A DNA stretch of 15,029 nt, taken from assembly GCA_000388065.2 (NCBI GenBank), contig KB932215.1. One strand, given 5' to 3'. Under the pieces are notes generated by a model. It was not told the DNA's origin. It did no database searches and worked only from the letters and a program-made list of their open reading frames with translations. Below, in pieces: positions 1 through 9,148 of this stretch (position 1 is the first letter of the stretch; each line of letters begins with the position of its first letter). The DNA is from Fonticula alba ATCC 38817 (lineage: Eukaryota > Protista > Nucleariida). A program made the translations under genes and the position numbers.

Positions 1-3000
1 GGGCTGGTGCCAGGGCTGCCGGCTCCCTTTGGCCTCGCGCGAACTCCGGCAATGTCGCCGCCCCAGGAGGGGCTCACATCAACCACCCCGGCCCCTCGCC
101 CCCCCCCCCCCCCCCCCCCCCGGATCCAGACCTGCTGCAGGGCGACCTGCGCGCCGACCTCCTGGCTCCCCTGGTCCAGAGCCGGGTCTTTTGGAAGCTC
201 TCACGCCACGAGAATGTCACCATCCAGCTGGCGGCCTACCAGTTTGTCGGCCGGCTGCTCGGGTGTGGCAGCCTGGCCGAGGCGGTGCTCTTCGGCCCGG
301 GGCCGGTGGCCAGCTACCTCCTGCGCACGGCCCTGGTCTTCCCGCAGGTGACCCACTGGAATGTGCATGCGCCCCTGCTGGAGGCCATCTGGCAGCTGGC
401 CGGCCAGCTGGTCGGGGCCCCGGCGGCCGACCCCCCCGGGCCCGGGGCCGCGGCCGTCGCCGGGGTCGACCTGCGCAAGGCCTTCTTCCCGAGCGTCACC
501 AACTACGTGTCCCGGCGCCTGCTGCCCGCGGTGGCGGTCCTGCGGGCCATCTTGGCCGCCTGCCCGAAGGAGGTGTGTCCCCATTTGCCGTGGTTCTCCC
601 ACGCCGGCCGATGCCGCCTTGCTGACGACGCCCGATGCGCCGGTCCCCCCCCCCCCCTCCCCCCCCTCCTGGCACAGCAACTGTCCGGGCATTTCCCGCC
701 CAATCTGGCCACCGCCCTGGCCGATGCCTACTCCCTCCCCGGGGCCACCGACGAGTCTCTGGCCCGGGATGCGGCCATGCCGCGCTTCTTCATCCAGCAG
801 CAGGCCCCCCTGGCCCGGGCCCTGCTGCTGGCCTCGGTCTGCTGGATGCATGGCCACCTGTGCGTCCGAGCCGGCCCTCGCCCGCGCCGCGGACACCGGC
901 CGTTTGGCTCTCTCCCCCTCCCCCCCCCCCTGCCCCCCCTTGTGTTCGAGCCGGCCCCACACGTCCACTGACCCCGGTTCTGGTGGCCCCTGCCATCTGT
1001 CACGCCCCTGTCCAGGCCCCAGGAGCAGAGCGCGCCCATCGTGGCGACGGTCCTCCGCCGGTGCCTGCTGCCTGGCCGCCCGGCCGCCACCGAGGATGGC
1101 CCCCAACTGGCCATGGACCTGGTGCTGGGTCTCTTCGAGCAGACCCCCTCCGGCGCCCAGGCCGACCAGCTGAGTGCGTGCCCCCCTCCGTGGGCCCTGT
1201 GGCTGGGGTTCTTGTTGGCCGCCGCCGCCGCCGCCGCTGTTGACTGATCTTTTTTCTTCTTTTGCCAGCCGTGCTCCTTCGTGATGCCCTTTCGGCGTGC
1301 CTCCTGTCGGACGCCTGTCCGGAAAAGCGTGCGGCCTTCCTCGGCCTGATGGCCGGGGCCACCGCGCGCAGCCCCCACTGCGAGCCCCTGGCACATGCGC
1401 TGACCCGTGCCCTGCTGGAGGACCACTTGGCGCATGCCTGCGGCGCGGCTGCCTCCTCGGCCGCCGGTGCGTGCATGCTCCCTCCATTTTGCCTTTCTCT
1501 TCCTCCTTTCCTCTTTTTTTCCGCTTCCTCTTCTTCCTCTTTTTCTCTTCTTCCTCTTCTTCTTCCTCTTTTTCTCTTCTTCCTCTTCTTCTTCCTCTTC
1601 TTCCTCTTCTTCCTCTTCTTCTTCCTCTTTTTCTCTTCTTCCTCTTCTTCCATCTTTCTCTCCTCTCCCCCCTTCTCCCCCCCTCCCTCTCTCCCCCCCC
1701 CCCTCTCTCCCCCCCTCCCTTTCTCTCCCCCCTCCCCCCGCACCCTGACAAATACTCACACTCGACCACGCGAACCCAGCTGTCACTCGCGTGGAGGACG
1801 CCGTGCGCATTGTGGCCCAGATCCCGGCGGCCGGCGTGGCGGCCATCGTCGATGCCCGGCTGGCTGACGAGCTGCTCGGGTGCCTGGAGCGCCACGGCGA
1901 CGCGCTGCTCTGGTCCCCGGAGCCGGCCGTGTCGCCGGTGTGGCTGCAGATGCTGGACCTGCTGGGCGAGGCGGCGGCCGGCCCGCGCGCCGACCGCCTG
2001 CTGGACCTGCTGGAGGCGGCCCTGGACACGGGAGCCCCGGCCGGGGCCGGGTTCCTGCACGTGTGCCAAGTGCTGGAGCGCCTGCCGGCAGCCGACCCGG
2101 CCACCGGCCGGCCGGCTCGCGTGGAGTCCCTGGTTGCCGCCTGCCTGGAGCGGGCCCTCTTCTTCACCCCGGAGGAGGGTCCCTGGGCGGATGGGCCGCT
2201 TCGGAGCCTGGCCTTCGGCCTGGCCCGGTGCCTGGGCCCGGCCGATGCGCCGGCCGGGGACGGGCTGCTGGCCGTGCTGCAGGCCGACGACCCGGAGCCA
2301 CCCGCCCTGGAGGCCTTCATGCGGCTGCTGACCCTGTCGCTGGATGATGGCCCCTCCTGCCGGGGGCTGGGGATCTTCCTGCGCCTGGCGCAGCCCGGCG
2401 CCGATGAGCACCTGGCGCGGCTGCTCCTGGCCCCGGTGGCCGACGCGTGCTGGTTCGACTCGCTGGACATGCTTGGCCGGCTGTCCGAGGCCCTGGCCCG
2501 GGGGGAGGGCCCCGCGTCGGGCCCTGCCGGCGATGCCCTCCGGGCATTTGCCCTGCGGACCCTGCCGCGCTTCGAGGCGACCCTCAGCACGACGGCCCAC
2601 CGGGGCGGGGCCCCGGCCCGGCGCCACATGGACCTGGCCCTGCGCACGGGCGCGGCCCTGGTGCGGCTGCTGCCGGCCGAGCAGGCCCCGGCCGGCTGGG
2701 CCGCCTTCACCCACCGCCCGGCCTTCGACCAGGCACTCGGGCAGCTGGTCGCCCGGGTCCCGGCGCCGGACCTGGCCCTGCAATTGGGCGGCCATGCGGC
2801 CGAGGTGTACCACTTGCTCTTCAATTACCACCGCGCGCCGGGGCTCTTCCCCGGCACCCGGTGCCCCTGGTCGGATGGCATGGCCGACCGGGCCCCGGCC
2901 CCGGCCCCGGGCCCGGCCTCCCCCGACCACGACCACGACCACGACCACGCCCCGCCCGTGGAGGACCCCCTGGCGGCGGTGGTGACCCTGGCCAGCTTCT

Positions 3001-5052
3001 ATGGCGGGCTCCTGGAGAGCCTGCACCAGGCGGAGGTGCGGTCGGCGGCGGTGGCCGGCCCGGCGGCCATGTCGCCGGCCGAGCAGGCGCACCTCGTGTG
3101 GGGCCTCTTCGCGGGGCATACCCTGGCCACGGTGCTGGCCCCGGTCGGCGGGCCGGTCGACCGGGAGCTCGACGGGCCGCTGGGCTTCGTCCGGGCCTCC
3201 ACCCCGGAGTCGGTCCTGCGCCGGTGCCTGGCCGGGCTGCCGGTGCCGGGGCCCGGCGACATGCCGGCGCTGGTCCGGCATTTGGCCACGCTGGCCGAGG
3301 CGGCGAGGGCGCTGGCCGGGCCGGTGGCCGACCCGGCCCCGGAGGCCGGCTGGCTGGCGGCCCTGCTGCATTGGGCCATGGCCGGGCTGCGGGCCGTCGC
3401 CACCCCGGCGGCCAGCAGCGCGGTGCACCTGCTGCAGAGCCTGCTCTTCGAGGCGGCCCTGGCGGCTGTGCTGGAGGCCGCGGCCGAGGCCGACCACCCG
3501 GGCGCCGGGTCCACCAGCACCGAGCAGCCCCCGCCGGAGCAGCAGGCCACGGTGCCGGTGGTGGCCGGCCTGCTGGCCTCGCTGACCGGCCTGGCTGGCG
3601 ATCAGTCCTTCGGCGGGACCGGGCTGCGGCTGCTGGCGGCCCGGTGCCTGGGCGCGGCCCGGCACCGGCTGGCCACCGGGCACCATGCGCGCCTGCGGTC
3701 GCTGCTGGAGCAGGTGGCCGACGAGGCGGCCCTCCAGACGGAGACCCTCTTCAGCTTCTCGGCCGACAGCCTGACGGCCCCCTTCTCGCTGATCATGCTG
3801 TCGGCCCTGTGCGAGCAGCTGACCCAGGCCCCGGAGTCGAATGACTTGCTGTTCTATGTGCTGCGCATGCTGGCCCACGCGCTCCGGGCCCACACGCTGC
3901 CGGCCCGGTCGGACTATGACCTGCTGTGCGCGGTGACCGTGCTGGGGCTGCGCGTGGTCCGGCGCTTTGCCGAGCTGTCGCTCATGCAGCGCGCCGGCAC
4001 CGGCACCGGCGGCCTCAACCTGCTGGCCCTGCGCTTGAGCTTCGAGACCACGGCCCGGCTCTTCTCCGAGGAGAATGTCGACCTGCTGATCGGCGCGTCG
4101 GCCTGGGCCCGGGACAGCTGCCTGCGCGAGTGCATCGGCCTCTGGGCCGAGTGCTCCGGCCAGCTGGACGAATTCGCCCCGGATCTCCCGTACCCGGAGG
4201 AGGCCGACATCGAGCACCTGCCGGGCCTGGCCCTGGAGCAGGCCCACCAGCCGGAGTACGCCGCCCCGGACAGCGTGGCCTTCTGGCGCGTGGCCTCCAA
4301 TGATGCCGCCCACCCGATGCTTTTGAAGCTGCTGCTGTCGGCGGTGGCCTCCTCGGCTGCCGGGCACGGTGCGTCGCTCGGCCGTCCTCCCCCCTGGCCC
4401 TGCTCTTCCTCGGGCTCGCTCGCCTGCTCCCTGCCCGATTGCCGCTAACACGCTTTGCCCCTTTACCCGGCCGGTGTGCGCGCCCGCGTCCCTTTGTCCG
4501 CGTCTGTCGGGGCTCACCCCCACTCGTGCCCCTCTGTCCATGCGCCCATCTTCCCGGATGCACCCGCCTGCCACACATGCCTGCCACACACGCCTGCCAT
4601 ACCTGCCTGCTACGCACGCCTGGACGCCCCTGGCCACGCCCGGTCACACATGACACACACATGACACACACACACACACACATGGTACACACGACACTAA
4701 TGCAGCCAAGCGCACCGACCTGCCGGTTTTCGTGTCGCGCTTCACCAAGCTCCTGCCGACGGCCTACCTGCTGGACTCCTTCTCGGACATCGAGTCGGGC
4801 GACACATCGCATGGGATCTCCCCAACGGAGGAGCTCCTGTCGGTGGTCCGGCTGATTGTGGATCGCACGGCGCCGATCATCGTCCGGCACTCGTCGTACC
4901 TGCTCTTCCGGCGCTACCTGCTCCTGATCTCCGAGAATGCCGACCTCTTCCAGGGCTCCAACGCCGTGGGATCGGCCGACGGCGACTCCCAGGACCTCGG
5001 TACGGCCCTCCCCTCGCCCCTGGCCCTCATCGCCCACCTACCGGCCCGATGG

Positions 5053-5119
<67 letters not shown>

Positions 5120-7208
5120 TGCCGCCGCTGCCATCGCCTCCGGGCACGGCACGCGCATGCCCTCTGATCGCGCTAACCCGGCGCCTCTTCCCGCCTCCCT
5201 GGGGTCTGCCCTCCTTACCCCCCGGCCCCGGCGCCCCGCCCCAGCCGAGGACAACTGCCAGCCGGACTCCTTCGATGCCTTTGTTCGGCGGATTTTCTCC
5301 ACCCTCCTTGGCGGCTGGCTGGTGGCGGCCGCGCCGCCGGGCCAGCAGGCCAGCCTCCTGGCCCTGGCCGAGATGGGCTCCCTCTCGACCGACGACACCA
5401 GCGACATGCTGTTGTCGACGGCTCCGACCACGACCACCGGCGGGCCTCGCGCCCCGGGCCCTGCCTCCGACGGGGAGTACGACTCGGACTCGGAAGATGA
5501 GGACCAGGACGCCGACGGCCTGCTCGGTGCCGCGGCGCACGCCGCCACCACCCTCCGCCCGGAGGCCCCCCTCTTCGACATGATGCTGGACGCCACCTCG
5601 CCCTTCCCCCGGCTCAAGCCGTCGGCCACCCTGTCCACCCTGCTGGCGGCCATGGCCCTGGCCGATTGTCTGGAAGCCTCGGTACGTCCTGCCTGTCGGC
5701 GATCTTTCGCTGCCCTGTCTGCCTCGGGTCCCGTCTTCCTGCCTCGGGTCCCGTCTTCCTGCTGATTCCCCTGCCACCTGCCACTCGCTCCCCGCGCGCG
5801 CATGCTCCCCTGCGTGACAGCCGTCGCGCTCGTCGCGCCGGGACCTGCGCGCCCGCATCCGCAAGTCCGCCCTCTCCGGGCACCTGCTGGACATCGTGAT
5901 GGCCACACATGTGGCCCTCGATCGCCAGGGCGCCCGGCGCCTGGGTGCTCCCTTCAACGTCAGCCAGGCCTACTGCCTGGGCCTGAAGGCCCGCATGGCC
6001 GAGCAGCACTACTCGCCCAGCGAGTACCTGCAGGCCGCGCGCGTGACCGGTGCGTCGTCGCCTGCCCCAGCGCCGGTCGGGCCGGCGGCCTGTCCCCTTG
6101 GCCCTGCCGCGCCTGATCCCCTCTCCTGCACCCATGTCCATGCACATGTGTGCATGTGCGCCCATGCACACGCGCACATGTGCATGGACACATACTTACA
6201 CATACACACCCTCACACCCACACTCACACTCACAATCACAATCACACTCACACCCACACTCACAAACACAATCACACCCACACTCACAATCACAAACACA
6301 ATCACACCCAGATCTTGAACTCCTGTCCAGCCCGGATCTGCTGCTGCTGCTGAGCTCGGTGGCCTACTTCCGCTGCCTGCAGGCCTTCCCCTCGGCCCTG
6401 CGCTTCTCCTACTTCGACCTGGGCGTCAGCCACCCGACGCGCGCGCAGTTCCTCAAGAAGATCACCAGCGACATGTACAGCCCGCGCATTGTCTCGCACG
6501 AGGTGGACGTCGTGCGCCAGATCAATGCCGAGGCCCGGGCACGGGCCGAAGAGCGCGCCCGGCGCCATGCCGAGGCCATGGCCGCTCGTCCGGTCAACCC
6601 CGCCCTGCCGGCCTACCTGCAGCAGCAGCAGGCCCTGCCCCTGGCCGACGAGGAGCCCTTCCGCCTGAGTGCCTCCTCCGGCCAGCGCACCATCGCCGCG
6701 AGTTACCACTTTGAGGATGCCCAGCTGTCGGTGACCGTCCGCATGCCGGACTGCTACCCGCTGCTGGAGGCCGCCGTCGAGCCGGGCGAGGGCAAGGGCG
6801 TCAGCTCGGCCCAGTGGCACCGGTGGATGGCCTCGGTCCGGTCCTTCCTGGCGGCCCAGGTTCGTGCAATGCCGTCCCCCCCCCCCTTGCTTGTTGCCGC
6901 CTCGCGGTGTGCCTCTCCCTCCATGTGCCCCGCTATGCGCCTTTGCTGACTCCCCTCCTTCTGCGCGCGCGCGCGCGCGCGCGCTATCCACACGCACGAA
7001 CCCTGGCCTCCTCCCATTCACACGCAGAATGGCACCATCGCCGATGCCCTGCAGCAGTGGTCCACCGACGTCAAGCGCCGCTTCGATGGCGTGTCCGAGT
7101 GCACGGTCTGCCAGTGCGTCGTGCAGCCGGTCGACGGATCCCTCCCGCGCATCACCTGCCACCAGTGCCGGAACAAGTTCCACTCCGCGTGCCTGGTACG
7201 TCATGCCG

Positions 7209-7275
<67 letters not shown>

Positions 7276-7422
7276 CCCTTGCGATGAACTCCCGGCCCCG
7301 TCACATCCTAACGCTCTGCTCCTCTACTCGATCCCCCGCCTGGCCCGCCGCTCGCGCCGCAGTTCAAGTGGTTCAAGAGCAGCTCGCAGTCCACCTGCCC
7401 CCTGTGCCGGCACTCCTTCTGA
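1..7422 (+). CDS. LTN1: E3 ubiquitin-protein ligase listerin (ribosome quality control), 5'-partial, spliced
   Basis: Phase-consistent GT..CAG exons: 130-572, 678-859, 1016-1173, 1269-1466, 1780-4368, 4706-4999, 5245-5681, 5821-6049, 6312-6859, 7028-7195, 7363-7422 (stop TGA 7420-7422); about 1768 aa in the window. The N-part FWKLSRHENVTIQLAAYQF resembles the listerin N-terminal HEAT region. The RWD-like segment reads TIAASYHFEDAQLSVTVRMPDCYPLLEAAVEPGEGKGVSSAQWHRW. The C-terminus QNGTIADALQQWSTDVKRRFDGVSECTVCQCVVQPVDGSLPRITCHQCRNKFHSACLFKWFKSSSQSTCPLCRHSF* closely parallels the human listerin C4HC3 RING (recalled; no search run). The start lies upstream of the window; 7-129 is a probable additional intron. 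Confidence 0.95.
1488..1740 (+). repeat. Polypyrimidine tract with imperfect (TTCCTCTTC)/(CTT)n repeat, then C-rich runs, in LTN1 intron 1467-1779
   Basis: No purine in 1524-1651 or 1653-1739; recurring 9-bp unit. Confidence 0.9.
2925..2948 (+). repeat. Coding (GACCAC)4 repeat encoding DHDHDHDH in listerin
   Basis: Read directly in the frame of exon 1780-4368. Confidence 0.85.
4566..4622 (+). repeat. 13-bp tandem repeat (GCCTGCCACACAY-like, about 4.4 copies) in LTN1 intron
   Basis: Units start at 4566, 4579, 4592, 4605 and 4618. Confidence 0.85.
5055..5132 (+). repeat. (GCC)21 perfect trinucleotide repeat with degenerate tail, intronic
   Basis: GCC units run 5055-5117, then GCT GCC GCC GCT GCC; inside intron 5000-5244. 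Confidence 0.95.
5719..5762 (+). repeat. 20-bp tandem duplication CTGCCTCGGGTCCCGTCTTC (about 2.2 copies), intronic
   Basis: Identical copies at 5719-5738 and 5739-5758. Confidence 0.9.
6206..6309 (+). repeat. Hexamer minisatellite CACA(C/A)(T/C/A), about 17 copies, abutting the 3' splice site
   Basis: CACACT/CACAAT/CACACC/CACAAA units run up to CAG 6309-6311. Confidence 0.9.
6963..6984. repeat. (GC)11 dinucleotide run, intronic
   Basis: Direct reading. Confidence 0.9.
7215..7272 (+). repeat. Poly-C homopolymer (58 nt) in the last LTN1 intron
   Basis: Direct reading; homopolymer length may be imprecise in the assembly. Confidence 0.9.
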
Positions 7423-7741
7423 TGGAAGGCTCCCCCCCAGAGGGGGAGGGCCGCAGGGCAACGGACGCCCCCGACGACCGCCCGTTGGCACCTCGGGGCG
7501 GCCAGCCCAGCGCCCCCCACAGCCGGCCGATCCTTTTGTGCTGGGCCGCCGTTGCTTTGCCCATAAAATATACACAGACACATACACACGCATACACATA
7601 CATAGACACACGAGTACCTCGATCGCGCGAGCCCGTTGCCTCTTTCTTGTGGGCTCTTTTTCCCTTCCTCCCCCCGCCGTCGCCCTCACCCTTGTGTGTG
7701 GCTGCGTCCTCCCTCTCGACGCCGGGTGCCGGCCGGTCAGC

Positions 7742-8098
7742 ATGGACCGTTTCGATCGCCAAGTCAGGTACGCCGCCGGGCCAGTGCCAGCCCGAATTTC
7801 CTTCCATGCACACACCCCTCTCCCGCACCCCCGCTTGGTGTGACTGGCGCTGACTCGCTTGCCGGCCCCTGGTGGTGTGCGCTCGGCAACCAGGATCTGG
7901 GGCCCGGACGCCCAGGCTCGGCTGCAAGGGTCGTCCGTGCTGGTGGTCGGCTCATCCGGCCTGGCGGCCGAGGTCGTCCGACAGCTGCTTCTCTGCGGTG
8001 CGCCCATCCCCCGGGCATTTGCGCTGCTCATGTCGGGTCTCTCGCGTGTGCCCGATTCAGCACCCCCGCCCCGACCACCTGCGCGCGTGAATGCGCGG

Positions 8099-8134
<36 letters not shown>

Positions 8135-9110
8135 GCGCTGACCCACACGCCGACTTGCGCGCTAACCCACACGCCGACTCGCACACTGATCGACACGCCG
8201 ACTCGCACACTGATCGACACGCCGACTCACACACTGATCGACACACCGACTCGCACACTGATCGACACGCTGACTCGCACACTGATCGACACGCCGACTC
8301 GTGCACCAACTCGCGCGCTGACCCACGTCCCCGCAGGCATTGGCCGGGTCGACTGGGCCGGTTCCCCCGGCGCCGAGGCTGGGGCGCACTTTTTCGCCGG
8401 CCCGGATGACGATCCGCTGGAGGCCCTCCGTGAACTGAGCCCCGACAGCACGTTGGCCCTTGTGACTGAGGTGCGCCACAGGGCCGGGAAGAAGGAGGAG
8501 GGAAGGGGAAAAGGAGAAGGCCGCCTCGCCATGCATCCGCAGTCGGCCTCCCACTCACCGGCACCTTGTTGGACCGCTGCTCGGCCGCGCAGGCTGCCCT
8601 CCAGCTGCTGGACCTCGGCCCCTACGATGCCATCCTCCTGGACCATGTTCCGCTGGACCGAGCAGCGGTGCGGGCGCTCGAGGCCTCGCCGGCGCCGGTG
8701 GTCCTGGCCACCACGGCCAGCATGCACGGCCTGCTCCGGCTATGTGGGCCAGACATTGTCAGTGCGTGTGCCCTGGGTTAGCCTTGGCCGGGAGCCCTGG
8801 CCGTTGCCTGCCTCGATCTGACCCCCCCAGCCAGCCTTCGAGCCGCCAGCCAGCACGACGAGCCCGGCGCGCATGCACCTTCGGCTAGATGACCGGCCCC
8901 CGGCGGCGCTGCGCCTCTGGGCCGCGCGCCTGGCCCGGGGCTGGCCACAGCTTACGGCCTCCGAGCGTGCGGCGCTTCCTTTTCCGCTGGTCCTCGCGGT
9001 GGCCATCCTCCAGGCCAGTGGTACTCCGCAGGGGGCTGCGGACGTGGATGCCTGGCCGGAGCCGGGTCAAGTACGTTTGCCATGACCCATGCTCACCCAT
9101 GCTCACCCAT

Positions 9111-9148
<38 letters not shown>

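Noticed and set aside
728-2824. Minus-strand ORFs with poly-E and poly-K tracts (728..2824, 1000..1743)
   Set aside because: Alternative-frame translations of the same intronic repeat; no domain-like sequence.
201-4637. 1478-aa minus-strand ORF
   Set aside because: Antisense shadow of the GC3-rich LTN1 exons. It has G/R/Q-rich composition and its K/E/R run is just the reverse complement of the intronic CTT repeat.
5027-5908. Poly-Ala, poly-Pro, poly-Arg and poly-Gly peptides from the GCC repeat
   Set aside because: The repeat lies within a well-supported intron (GTACGG 5000 to CAG 5244) that is needed to restore frame.
8133-8326. 24-bp repeats as a CRISPR array
   Set aside because: Head-to-tail units with no unique spacers, inside a spliceosomal intron; no cas genes.
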